From the sequence record NZ_CP059766.1: 37,121 nucleotides of DNA. One strand, given 5' to 3'. The notes under the pieces are model-generated. The model ran no database searches. It was not told where the DNA came from and saw nothing but the letters and a program-made list of their open reading frames with translations. Both the position numbers and the translations under genes were made by a program. This DNA is from a plasmid. Below, one piece after another: positions 1 to 9,127 of this stretch. Numbering within the stretch: the stretch's first letter is position 1; every line of letters starts with the position of its first letter.

Positions 1-69
1 AGCAGCGCTGATATTCGGACGAAGAGACAAGTAATCGATGCGAATAAGCATCTTTACCCTATATCAGCG

Positions 70-906
70 ATGTGCAGAATATTAGGTCTATCACGTCAGT
101 CCTATTATTATCAATCAAAACCAAAGAAAGACGAATCAGAACTTGAAGAAGTAGTCGCTGAAGAATTTATCCGCAGCCGAAAGGCCTACGGCTCAAGAAA
201 AATAAAAAAAGCCTTATCAAAACGAGGCATTCAGATCAGCCGACGAAAAATTAGTAGAATCATGAAAAATAGAGGATTAAAATCGAGCTATACTGTTGCT
301 TATTTTAAAGTACATCATTCTACTTGCAATGAAGCCAAAACGACAAACGTATTGAATCGTAAATTCTTAAGAGACAACCCATTAGAAGCGATCGTAACAG
401 ACTTGACTTATGTACGAGTCGGGAAAAAATGGAATTATGTCTGTTTCATTTTGGATCTGTTCAATCGAGAAATTCTCGGCTATTCTTGTGGAGAACATAA
501 AGATGCCGTTCTAGTAAAAAAAGCATTTAGCCGTATCAAACAACCTCTGACAGAGGTTGAGATTTTTCATACTGATCGTGGAAAAGAGTTTGATAACCAA
601 GCTATTGATGAATTATTAACAACTTTTGACATCAATCGATCATTGAGTCATAAAGGCTGTCCTTTTGATAATGCCGTAGCTGAATCAACTTATAAGTCGT
701 TGAAAGTAGAATTTGTCTATCAATACACATTTGAAACCTTACAACAATTGGATTTGGAGTTATTTGACTATGTCAATTGGTGGAACCACCTTCGGTTGCA
801 CGGTACACTTGGCTACGAGACACCGGTTGGTTACCGTAACCAGAGATTGGCGCAGCGAATCCTTGATAATGAGCTCGGATGTGCTAACGCTAGCGAGGCA
901 GTCTAA
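70..906 (+). CDS. IS3-family transposase OrfB (DDE integrase) of IS3 element B; continues from the orfA at the window end through the circular junction
   Basis: Translation shows IS3 OrfB hallmarks: the LYPISAMCRILGLSRQSYYY frameshift-window motif, DDE-region motifs (DLTYVRV...HTDRG...YDNA) and a C-terminal W..HLRLHGTLGYETP motif. Upstream bases 1-69 encode the OrfA C-terminus (...AALIFGRRDK*). Confidence 0.8.
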   Translation: MCRILGLSRQSYYYQSKPKKDESELEEVVAEEFIRSRKAYGSRKIKKALSKRGIQISRRKISRIMKNRGLKSSYTVAYFKVHHSTCNEAKTTNVLNRKFLRDNPLEAIVTDLTYVRVGKKWNYVCFILDLFNREILGYSCGEHKDAVLVKKAFSRIKQPLTEVEIFHTDRGKEFDNQAIDELLTTFDINRSLSHKGCPFDNAVAESTYKSLKVEFVYQYTFETLQQLDLELFDYVNWWNHLRLHGTLGYETPVGYRNQRLAQRILDNELGCANASEAV

Positions 907-1045
907 CTTTAACTGTTAGCTCCTGCCGAAGATCGTCACATCCGAGGAGGCTCATTGTCAAGGACAATCGGAATAGCATACGGAAAGAAGTTCTGCACCT
1001 TATAAAATTTGTCAAAAAAACTGTTGCCATTCCATCATTTCAAAA

Positions 1046-1579
1046 GAGAATCTCTTAAATCAGGACTTTTCTACTGAAACGATCTGTGAGAAATGGGCAG
1101 CTGACATTACGTACATTCCTACTAAGAAAAATGGTTGGTGTTACTTATCTTCAATCATGGATTTACACACGAAAAGAATTATTAGTTATACATTTTCAAA
1201 ACGAATGACTGTGGATTGTGTCATTCAAACATTGAATAAAGCAAAAATACATTATCACATTCCAGAAGGAATGATTCTACACACTGACTTGGGCAGCCAA
1301 TACACAGCAAGAGAAGTGGAACAATGGCTTAAAACCAACAAAATAAGGCATTCTTATAGTAGAAAAGGAACACCTTATGATAATGCTGGAATCGAATCTT
1401 TCCATGCCTCATTGAAAAAAGAAGAAGTCTACACGACTAGCTACTCAGATTTTGAAGAAGCAAATCGAGCGCTATTTAGCTACATTGAAGGATTTTATAA
1501 CCGAAATCGAATCCATAGCTCGATTCACTATCTAACCCCACAGGAATTTGAAGAATTAGCAAAAGAAAAAATGGCTTAA
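1046..1579 (+). pseudogene. 3' part of the IS3-family OrfB of IS3 element A, separated from its 5' part (36510-36824) by insertion of IS3 element B
   Basis: The frame is open from ~992 and reads ...ENLLNQDFSTETICEKWAADITYIPTKKNGWCYL...HTDLGSQYT...YDNAGIESFH..., the DDE core of an IS3 OrfB. An imperfect terminal IR, cgtctctactaaaatgtgtccaag (1581-1615, ends ...TCA), matches cttagacagcttttcgtagagac at 36145-36170. Confidence 0.6.
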
Positions 1580-2051
1580 CCGTCTCTACTAAAATGTGTC
1601 CAAGATATTGACTCAAATCCAGTAATATCACAATAGGAATGCTGTTTATTATATTAGCAGCAGTGCTGATTTTTATGATAGTTATTTGGTTCTTAAATGA
1701 AAGATCTAAAGACAATCAACACCGTAGGGATATGGAGATAAAATCAATAGAGTCAATAGATTATTTATCGATAATAACACTAAAAAAGCCACGTTCCTAA
1801 ACGTGACTTACGCTGAACGATATGTGTTGTTTGGTAGACGAACAAATCGTTCATTATAAATATATGATGGTATCCTAATATAGTAAGCGTGGCTAGCATA
1901 CCTTTAATTACTTTACCTTTTACAGTTACCATACACATTTTTTGAGCAGAAATCAAGTAAATAAAAAAATATTATATTTCACAACATGCTAATAGACTCA
2001 TATCTAGAACGCATTAAGTATTTACCTGTCTGGTTCGCTGAGACTTCTTTT

Positions 2052-2633
2052 TTAACTTTCTTCAATTTTCTTCTTTATTCTAAAAAGCGTACTGCGACTG
2101 AAACCGGTTATAGCTTCAACTTCCTTATACGATTTACCTGAAGTAAGCAGTTCATATGCGTGCCTCTTCTTCGGTGTGATTGTTGCTTTCGGACGTCCTT
2201 CTCTGAAATTAGGATTATTCTTTCTTGCAAACATTTTTCCTTCTTGGGTACGTTCCACAATCATATCACGTTCCATTTCTGCTACACTCAACAACGTCCG
2301 TGTCACCATTCGCCCCATGGACGTATTTTCAATCGTTCCTAGATTCAAAACCTTGATCGTTACGTTATCATCGAGTAAAGGTTCAATGATCTCTAATGCT
2401 TCTCTCGTGTTACGAGCAAATCGATCAAGCTTCGTAACAACTATTTCATCTCCAGGCTTCAGACCAGCCAACAGCTGATTGAATTTTGGCCGATCCCGTT
2501 TTATACCCGTAAATTTTTCTGAAAAAATATTCTTCTTCTCTACGCCGTTCTCAAGCAACTGTTGAATTTGTTCTTTTGTACTTTGAGAAGCGGTTGAGAC
2601 ACGTGCATATCCATATTTCGTCATTTGGTCCAC
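2052..2633 (-). CDS. Small serine recombinase (resolvase/invertase family)
   Basis: N-terminal YARVSTASQ catalytic-serine motif and a C-terminal HTH ([11 protein letters not shown]). Length is 193 aa with a GTG start at 2633. Sits immediately downstream of the fic ORF on the same strand. Confidence 0.8.
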   Translation of the reverse strand: MDQMTKYGYARVSTASQSTKEQIQQLLENGVEKKNIFSEKFTGIKRDRPKFNQLLAGLKPGDEIVVTKLDRFARNTREALEIIEPLLDDNVTIKVLNLGTIENTSMGRMVTRTLLSVAEMERDMIVERTQEGKMFARKNNPNFREGRPKATITPKKRHAYELLTSGKSYKEVEAITGFSRSTLFRIKKKIEES

Positions 2634-2639
2634 CTACTT

Positions 2640-3245
2640 TTACAAATCATCTATCGTATACTCAGAATACCCTTCATAGAAATAGCTGACATCGATTCCT
2701 TTCATATATAACTCGCGATCGTCAATTTTATCAGTCAGAGCATTGGAAATTAGATAGCGTATTTCCAAATCGTTTATGGGACTTCGCTCCATTGCAGAAA
2801 GATAGTCTGCTTTATCGATTAAGTTCCAATCTACAACTTTTTGCAATTCTTCCTTTAAAATGAGATCCAGCCAAATTCTAGTACTTCGGCCATTTCCTTC
2901 TCGAAATGGGTGAGCGATATTCATCTCCACATATTTCTTGATAATCTCTTCAAAAGAAGTTTGTGGCATCTGATCAATATGCTGTAACGAATGTTCTAAA
3001 TACATAACTGGTGCAAATCGAAAATTTCCTTTTGCAATATTGACCGATCGGATTTTTCCGGCAAAATCGTAAATATCCGAAAATAGAAATTCATGAATTT
3101 CAGATAAACCTTTAAATGTACCAACTTCGATTTCATTTATTTTTCCACAATCGTACAATTCTTTCGCTTTTTGTTTACTGAGTTTTTCTTCAACCTTAGC
3201 CAACTCAACTTGATTGGTTAATCCCAATTTATTCTCTAAAATCAT
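2640..3245 (-). CDS. fic: Fic/Doc-family protein (putative AMPylator)
   Basis: Canonical Fic motif [12 protein letters not shown] is present in the 201-aa translation. A 7-bp gap to the downstream resolvase suggests a fic-res operon. Confidence 0.75.
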   Translation of the reverse strand: MILENKLGLTNQVELAKVEEKLSKQKAKELYDCGKINEIEVGTFKGLSEIHEFLFSDIYDFAGKIRSVNIAKGNFRFAPVMYLEHSLQHIDQMPQTSFEEIIKKYVEMNIAHPFREGNGRSTRIWLDLILKEELQKVVDWNLIDKADYLSAMERSPINDLEIRYLISNALTDKIDDRELYMKGIDVSYFYEGYSEYTIDDL

Positions 3246-3388
3246 GCGAAATCTCCTTAACTTTATGACATAAGTTTATGAAACACTCTCAACCCCATTA
3301 TATCGCGATTTTGTTTATGTGTCAAAAACTATTAAGTTTCTGACCCCCGATAGATTTTTCAAGTGTCTCTATTTTGCACAGTCTAGTT

Positions 3389-4197
3389 GGTTCTGTTGCA
3401 AAGTTTTAAATAAAGAATAAAATCCCTTACGGTATCTATGATTTAAGCTGGGATTCCCAATAATACCTTGATTTCAGTACAGACCGAAAACCCGAAGAGA
3501 GTGCCTTCTTTTCGGGTTTTCTTATATAATCCTCGAATGGCTTCCATGCCTTTAATCGTGGTAGAGGCAGTGCGTAAACTTCGATAGAATTTATTGCGTC
3601 TCTTTACTGGACGATGGTCTTGTTCAATCAAATTATTCAGGTATTTAATGGTACGATGTTCTGTCCCTTGATAAAAGCCGTATTCTTTTAGTTTCTTAAA
3701 GGCACTTGTAATAGAGGGGGCTTTATCTGTGACTACAACCTTCGGTTCATCAAACTGCTTCACTAACCGCTTAAGAAAAGCATAGGCTGCTTGTGTGTCC
3801 CGTTTTTTACGTAACCAAATATCCAAGGTTAAACCATCTGCATCGATGGCTCGATACAAATAATGCCATTTTCCTTTAATTTTGATGTACGTTTCATCCA
3901 TTTTCCATGAATAAAAGGATTTTTTATTTTTCTTTTTCCAAATTTGATAGAGTAGTTTGCCATATTCTTGCACCCAACGATAAATCGTCGTATGAGAAAC
4001 GTTAATGCCACGATCATATAAGATTTCTTGAACTTCACGATAGCTAAGGTTATAACGAAGATAGTAGCCCACGGCTACAATAATCACATCCTGCTGAAAT
4101 TGCTTTCCTTTAAAATGATTCATCGTCATTCCTCCTGCTATCTTTTTCTATTATTCTACCTTATTTGATAGTAGATTTAAAACTTTGCAACAGAACC
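3389..4197 (-). mobile_element. IS1216 (IS6 family), complete 809-bp copy 1
   Basis: Terminal IR GGTTCTGTTGCAAAGTTTTAAAT at 3389, with its reverse complement ending at 4197. Encloses a 228-aa transposase identical to the other copies. Confidence 0.9.
3443..4129 (-). CDS. tnp: IS1216/IS6-family transposase
   Basis: 228 aa MTMNHFKGKQFQQDVIIVAVGYYLRYNLSYREV..., an IS6-family DDE transposase (the IS26/IS257/IS1216 group). Confidence 0.9.
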   Translation of the reverse strand: MTMNHFKGKQFQQDVIIVAVGYYLRYNLSYREVQEILYDRGINVSHTTIYRWVQEYGKLLYQIWKKKNKKSFYSWKMDETYIKIKGKWHYLYRAIDADGLTLDIWLRKKRDTQAAYAFLKRLVKQFDEPKVVVTDKAPSITSAFKKLKEYGFYQGTEHRTIKYLNNLIEQDHRPVKRRNKFYRSLRTASTTIKGMEAIRGLYKKTRKEGTLFGFSVCTEIKVLLGIPA

Positions 4198-6395
4198 TAG
4201 TAGCTAATTTTGGACCTACCACTGAAAAAATGTACGATAATCAGGTTACTCCTAAATGGGGCAAAAATCTACCTAAAAATATTGTATTTCTTATTCAAGG
4301 TGCCTTTTGGTGTAAGGGGATTAATCCAGGTGGCTTCGATGGGGTATATACTCCATATTTAGATACTGCTGTAAAAGAGTTGCAGACTGATGCAGGGTTT
4401 AATGGAAGCGCTGTAACTGGAGTTTTGGATGCGAAATGGGCCAAAGCGTTATTTGATATGAGTGCTTTTGTTCTTGTTCCCGGCGGAGATAGTAAAATTA
4501 GAAAAATGCAGCAATGGTTAAATGTAAATTATTTAGAATACACGGGAATAATGCCTTGTGATGGTATTTATCAAAGAAATTCAAATCAAGCATTAATTTT
4601 TGCATTACAAGCTGAACTAGGATATTCTCCCAGTGAAGCAACAGGGTCTTATGGTAATGGGACAACTAGTAAAACTTATCCTGTGTCTGAAGGTAACTCG
4701 GGAAACTATGTAAGAATAATTCAATATGGATTATATGTTAATGGTTATTTTGAAGACGGTACATTCGATGGTATTTTCACTAAATATATGGGTTTAGAAG
4801 TACTGGCATTCCGAAAATTTATGGTATTGCCTGAATATACTGAAATAGCAGATGTTGTTGTAATAAAAGGACTATTGTCTAGCGCTGGAGATATTAGAAG
4901 ATCTGCAGATGGCGCAGATACTTCTACGCAATTAACTAGATCTCAAATCCAAACATTGGTTGATAATGATATAAAAATAGTTGGTAGATATCTTACTGGT
5001 ACTGTTGGAATTGGAAAAGATGAACGAAATAAGTATCTAACTACAGAGGAATTGAATAATATTTTTTCTAAAAATTTATCTGTGTTTCCTATCTATCAAG
5101 ATGGAGGTGCAGCATTAGCTTATTTTACTTATGATCGTGGCTTATCAGATGGTAAGAAGGCTATAGATGCAGCAAAAAATCTAAATATACCATTAACAAC
5201 AGTTATTTATTTTGCTGTTGATCTAGACATGTTAGGGGAAGAAATTCTTGCATATGCTGGAGAATATTTTAAGGGGGTATCTGCTGTAATGTCATATAGC
5301 GGGTATCAAACGGGTGTTTACGGAACAAGAAATGTTTGTTCTCAAATAATCAATAACGGGTATGCTTCGTTTGCATTTGTTTCAGATATGTCGACTGGTT
5401 ATAGTGGGAATTTAGGTTTTCCTATGCCTAGACAATGGTCTTTTGATCAATTTGTTGAATTTACCATAGGAAGTGGCAACGGAGCTGTTGGTATCGATTT
5501 AATCGCTACATCGGGTAGAGATAGCGGATTTAATGAGTTATCAAATGATACTAATAATGATAATTACATTGCCAAATACAATCAGAAGGTTATAAATCAG
5601 ATGGTACGTGCGTATCAATATCTATCACAAGCTGGTCTTGATAATCCTTGGAACCCTCATTTGACATTTTATAGATATGTAAATTATTCTGGTTTGTCAT
5701 GGGACATCATTTCTTCTCCTGTAACAGAGCATGATAGAAAAATTTATGATGAATATAGGAATAAATTAACTAATAGCGAGGGCCTGTATAATTATTTTAT
5801 AGATCCTAATACTGGTTCAATAATAGGTTTGCCTCACTTAATTGTGACGTTACAATCACAGATGTTTCTAGCCGACACAATCAATGATAGTGTTTCTGAC
5901 TTTGCAGGTTGGTTAGGAGATTTAATGACTTGCTGGGGTGAAGTTAAGAAATTAGGAATACAAATGGAGCAAGGTGTATTTGCATTAGTAGGTACGGCTG
6001 CAGGTGGAACATTTAGTCTAGAAGATTTATACCAAGATGTTGACGCGGTAAATGTTTATACCTTAGCAAAAAGAAATTCTGATTCAACAGCTTTATCGGC
6101 TTTAAAAACGTACTATTGTGATAAGGGTGCTATTGATAGATTTAATCAATTTGTTAAGAACAGATTTGGTTCTTCAGATAAAATCGCTTCAGTAACAAAT
6201 AGTTTATTAGAAAATGACGAAACAGTTGATATCTTAGGTGTAGGGATAATTTCATTTTTCATTGATAAAATAGTTAATAATTCACTTGGGACAGATTTTA
6301 CTTATCTTGATTTTATTGGAGATGAGGGGAAAGTTGCAAATGGATTTTCTGAAAAAATTATTCAATTTCAAGAAAATAGAAGTAAACTTAATTAA
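4185..6395 (+). CDS. Large multi-domain cell-wall-targeting protein: three peptidoglycan-binding-like repeats, a DUF1906/GH25-like (Rv2525c/YkuG-type) domain and a ~300-aa unassigned C-terminal domain; YkuG/YbfG/BacA-like, possible bacteriolysin
   Basis: Repeated ~60-aa modules (...GFDGVYTPYLDTAVKELQ...; ...DGIYQRNSNQALIFALQAELGY...; ...DGTFDGIFTKYMGLEVLAFRKF...) resemble PG_binding_1. The central segment (VGRYLTGTV...LSVFPIYQDGG...IYFAVDLD...GYQTGVYG...PRQWSFDQF) matches the DUF1906 pattern. The open frame begins inside the IS1216 IR (TTG at 4185); the first ATG is at 4231 and has no obvious SD. The 5' end is therefore either truncated or IS-fused. Confidence 0.55.
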   Translation: MQQNLVANFGPTTEKMYDNQVTPKWGKNLPKNIVFLIQGAFWCKGINPGGFDGVYTPYLDTAVKELQTDAGFNGSAVTGVLDAKWAKALFDMSAFVLVPGGDSKIRKMQQWLNVNYLEYTGIMPCDGIYQRNSNQALIFALQAELGYSPSEATGSYGNGTTSKTYPVSEGNSGNYVRIIQYGLYVNGYFEDGTFDGIFTKYMGLEVLAFRKFMVLPEYTEIADVVVIKGLLSSAGDIRRSADGADTSTQLTRSQIQTLVDNDIKIVGRYLTGTVGIGKDERNKYLTTEELNNIFSKNLSVFPIYQDGGAALAYFTYDRGLSDGKKAIDAAKNLNIPLTTVIYFAVDLDMLGEEILAYAGEYFKGVSAVMSYSGYQTGVYGTRNVCSQIINNGYASFAFVSDMSTGYSGNLGFPMPRQWSFDQFVEFTIGSGNGAVGIDLIATSGRDSGFNELSNDTNNDNYIAKYNQKVINQMVRAYQYLSQAGLDNPWNPHLTFYRYVNYSGLSWDIISSPVTEHDRKIYDEYRNKLTNSEGLYNYFIDPNTGSIIGLPHLIVTLQSQMFLADTINDSVSDFAGWLGDLMTCWGEVKKLGIQMEQGVFALVGTAAGGTFSLEDLYQDVDAVNVYTLAKRNSDSTALSALKTYYCDKGAIDRFNQFVKNRFGSSDKIASVTNSLLENDETVDILGVGIISFFIDKIVNNSLGTDFTYLDFIGDEGKVANGFSEKIIQFQENRSKLN

Positions 6396-6474
6396 GAATC
6401 GTTTACTATTTAAACAGTGTCCTTTTCCTTTTTAAATATATACGATAAAATAAGTATATGAATTGTAAAAGGAC

Positions 6475-6870
6475 ATGATGATTATGGAAGAAATAGAATG
6501 GAATAATCTGACTCAAAATAATAAAAATAATTCTGGATGTGGAATTATCTTTATGTTTGTTATAGTTTTGGGAATAGTAGTACTTTTAATAACTGTCAAG
6601 ATAGTAGATTACTTTGCGAATACTCCTGAAGAACAAATACAGAGAAAACTTCCTGAGTTTGAAAGAGTACCACCTTATGATCCAAGAGATAATTCATTTC
6701 AAGTAAAAAAATTAAAAGAGTCTCCAAATGAAATGTGGTTTGAAGTTACAGTTGAATCAAGCGACTTCAAAGAAAAAAAGAAAGAATACAATTATATTGT
6801 AAAGGCAAAAGTATCAAAAAGATTTATTTTTAACCCTAAATTAGAAATATATAGTGTTGTAATAGAATAA
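6475..6870 (+). CDS. Small membrane protein (one N-proximal TM helix), candidate immunity/partner protein for the upstream lytic-domain gene
   Basis: 131 aa with a hydrophobic segment GCGIIFMFVIVLGIVVLLITVKIV followed by a charged soluble domain. Lies 80 bp downstream on the same strand and shares a terminator at ~6975-7005. Confidence 0.45.
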   Translation: MMIMEEIEWNNLTQNNKNNSGCGIIFMFVIVLGIVVLLITVKIVDYFANTPEEQIQRKLPEFERVPPYDPRDNSFQVKKLKESPNEMWFEVTVESSDFKEKKKEYNYIVKAKVSKRFIFNPKLEIYSVVIE

Positions 6871-6973
6871 TAGTGTTAAAAAAATTGTAAAAGTTAAAGA
6901 AGTCAAATTCTGATGTGAAAAATAAAATATACCATGGAAGACATAAAAGAAAAACTGGATAACTAGTTTATTT

Positions 6974-7006
6974 AATGGCAGACCGTTAAGGCCTGCCATT
7001 TTTATG
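6974..7006 (+). terminator. Rho-independent terminator after the 4185-6870 gene pair
   Basis: atggcagaccgttaaggcctgccat is a 7-bp GC-containing stem followed by ttttatg. Confidence 0.5.
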
Positions 7007-7194
7007 TATTTTAGCGGAATAAATATAATCATGCGGGAGTGTAAACTTACTGTTTCAAAAAGTATACTTTTTGACATGCCTTGATTTTCTTTGTTTATGT
7101 ATGGCATAATAACCACATAATACAATTTGAAACGTTTCTGATTTAATCTGATTGTTTTGAAACAATTTTAGTGAAAAAAGGGTAGATAAAAACG

Positions 7195-7812
7195 ATGAGA
7201 AAATTTTTTTATATCCGGGTCAGTAGTTATGATCAATCGATCGAACGACAACTGATTTCCGCGAAGGAATTAGGAATCCCTGAAGAATATATATTTGTAG
7301 AAAAAGCCAGCGGCAAAGATTTTAAACGCCCTGAATATCAATTAATGAAACGGATGTTTCGAAAAGGAGATTTACTCTATCTACAATCATTAGATAGACT
7401 AGGCAGAAATAAACAAATGATTTTAGAAGAATGGCGAGAATTAACTAAGGAAAAGCAGATTGATATTTCTGTGTTAGACATGCCTCTGTTAGATACTGCT
7501 AGTTACAAGCAACTAGATGGGTTAGAGACGCTTATCTCTGACTTAATTCTGCAATTACTCAGCTATATGGCCGAAGACGAGCGGAAACGAATTAATAGCC
7601 GGCAAAGAGAAGGCGTAGAAGCTGCGAAACAAAAGGGTGTAAAATTCGGCAGAAAGAAAATTGCTTTACCTCCTGAATTTCCTGCGATCTATTCTGACTG
7701 GAAAGCAGGAAAGATAACTGCAGTCTATGCTATGGATCAATTGGGCATGAAACGAAATACCTTTTATCGACGGGTGAAAGAATATGAACATACCTTGCAC
7801 CACTTTTCTTGA
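7195..7812 (+). CDS. Small serine recombinase (resolvase/invertase)
   Basis: YIRVSSYDQ catalytic-serine motif and a C-terminal HTH (KRNTFYRRVKE); 205 aa. Confidence 0.8.
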   Translation: MRKFFYIRVSSYDQSIERQLISAKELGIPEEYIFVEKASGKDFKRPEYQLMKRMFRKGDLLYLQSLDRLGRNKQMILEEWRELTKEKQIDISVLDMPLLDTASYKQLDGLETLISDLILQLLSYMAEDERKRINSRQREGVEAAKQKGVKFGRKKIALPPEFPAIYSDWKAGKITAVYAMDQLGMKRNTFYRRVKEYEHTLHHFS

Positions 7813-7852
7813 TAGATATAACAGCTATTAGACGGGAAGGGAGAGTTTGAAA

Positions 7853-8152
7853 ATGGACTTAACGAATCAAAGGGTCGTTTTTACTGGAACGCTGCAGCAA
7901 ATGACACGAACCCAAGCCATCGGTTTGGTTCACTCTTTAAACGGCCATTGTCAATCAAGTGTTACTTCAAAAACAAATTTCCTGGTTTGTGGTCAGTATT
8001 CTAAGTCGTTGTTTGATGATTCTCTCTATACAAAAAAGGAACAAACCGCGCGGGACTTGATTGCGTTAGGTCATGAGATTACCATTTTATCAGAAGTCGA
8101 ATTTTATGCGTTAATTAGTCAACAGTTGAAAGAATGGCAACGGTATTTATAA
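7853..8152 (+). CDS. Standalone BRCT-domain protein
   Basis: The translation RVVFTGTLQQMTRTQAIGLVHSLNG...KTNFLVCG... fits the BRCT fold signature seen at the C-terminus of NAD+-dependent DNA ligases. The SD GGGAAGGGAGAG lies 7 nt before the ATG at 7853 (the ORF track opens at TTG 7847). Confidence 0.55.
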   Translation: MDLTNQRVVFTGTLQQMTRTQAIGLVHSLNGHCQSSVTSKTNFLVCGQYSKSLFDDSLYTKKEQTARDLIALGHEITILSEVEFYALISQQLKEWQRYL

Positions 8153-8185
8153 TCGTTAGTAAAATTTACAAGGAGGAAAATTTTT

Positions 8186-8353
8186 ATGAAGCGAAAATCT
8201 TATGATCGTTGGGGCATTGAAATAACTAGTTTTAATCGAAATATTGCTTTTCACGTGGAGTGTGACTGTGGGGAATTAGCAAAAAGTGTTTATCAAAAAA
8301 ATTACTTTTACTGTCCTAAATGCCATCGCCGATACGGGGTACATGGAACATAG
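8186..8353 (+). CDS. 55-aa zinc-ribbon mini-protein (CxC...CxxC); its last 6 codons lie inside the Tn3-family left IR
   Basis: Strong SD AAGGAGGA 7 nt upstream of the ATG at 8186. Translation is MKRKSYDRWGIEITSFNRNIAFHVECDCGELAKSVYQKNYFYCPKCHRRYGVHGT*. It falls below the 60-aa cutoff of the ORF track. The stop TAG at 8351-8353 is inside IR 8336-8372. Confidence 0.4.
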   Translation: MKRKSYDRWGIEITSFNRNIAFHVECDCGELAKSVYQKNYFYCPKCHRRYGVHGT

Positions 8354-8397
8354 AAACGAAATAGTGCGGTAGAAAAGCGAATGAATGTAGTATATTT

Positions 8398-9003
8398 CTA
8401 CAAATCATTCGCTTTCTTTATTTTATAAATAGTTGGTCGAGAGATCCCGTTTTCTTTTGCAATCTCTGCAACTGGAATGCCTTGCTTTAACATGTCCACC
8501 ACGGTTTTAAAAACTAAGCGTTTTTGCGGATCTGTTGAGTTAATAGAATACTCGATTGGTCGTCCCTTATATCGGCCGGCTTTTTGAGCCAATAATACTC
8601 CTTGCCGCTGACGTTCACGAATTTTCTCACGCTCGTTTTGTGCAATATAACTTAGCAGTGATAAAAACATATCGAACATAGCGGTATCCAGGAGTTCATT
8701 TCCAGTATTAAAATCTAAAAACTGTGCATCTAATATTTTTAACGCTACTTTTTTCTGTTTCATAAAAGCAACTGTATTTTTTATATCTTCATAATCTCTT
8801 CCTAAACGATCTAGTGATGTAACGATGACGCAATCACCTTCACGGATATAATTTAGTAATTTTTGAAACTCAGGACGCTCAGTATCTTTACCACTGGCTT
8901 TTTCTTGGAATAATTTATCAATGTTAAGTCCTTCCATCATTGCCAATTGTCGATCCAAATTTTGATCTTGTGAAGATACTCGAATATAGCCAATTTTTCC
9001 CAT
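8398..9003 (-). CDS. tnpR: Tn3-family resolvase TnpR (serine recombinase)
   Basis: IGYIRVSSQDQ motif and a C-terminal HTH; 201 aa. Divergent from tnpA. Confidence 0.85.
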   Translation of the reverse strand: MGKIGYIRVSSQDQNLDRQLAMMEGLNIDKLFQEKASGKDTERPEFQKLLNYIREGDCVIVTSLDRLGRDYEDIKNTVAFMKQKKVALKILDAQFLDFNTGNELLDTAMFDMFLSLLSYIAQNEREKIRERQRQGVLLAQKAGRYKGRPIEYSINSTDPQKRLVFKTVVDMLKQGIPVAEIAKENGISRPTIYKIKKANDL

Positions 9004-9127
9004 AAAAAACTCCTTTTTAAAAGTGATATAATTTACATGTAAAATTTACTTGTAGTTTTACTGCTATCATAGCATTTTTAAAAATAAATTTTATGTAGAC
9101 TTAAAATTTACTTCATGGAGGGTTTAA
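9004..9127. promoter_or_regulatory. Putative res site and divergent promoters between tnpR and tnpA
   Basis: AT-rich 124-bp spacer containing the direct repeat taaaatttact twice (9042-9052 and 9101-9111), consistent with resolvase-binding subsites. Confidence 0.45.

Noticed and set aside
2160..2478. Two plus-strand ORFs (60 and 100 aa) overlapping the resolvase gene
   Set aside because: They are antisense to a gene with a clear catalytic-serine motif. No SD.
3829..4038. 69-aa alternative-frame ORF (MKFKKSYMIVALTF...) repeated in every IS1216 copy (also 16595-16804, 24492-24701, 30136-30345)
   Set aside because: It is identical because the IS copies are identical. It is embedded in the transposase gene in another frame and there is no independent evidence of coding. 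However, the same off-frame ATG region supplies the start of the chimeric orf9-like ORF at 12754.
6841..7125. 94-aa minus-strand ORF in the intergenic region after the small membrane protein
   Set aside because: It overlaps the plus-strand terminator and the promoter region of the resolvase. The hydrophobic low-complexity sequence is typical of AT-rich spacers. No SD.
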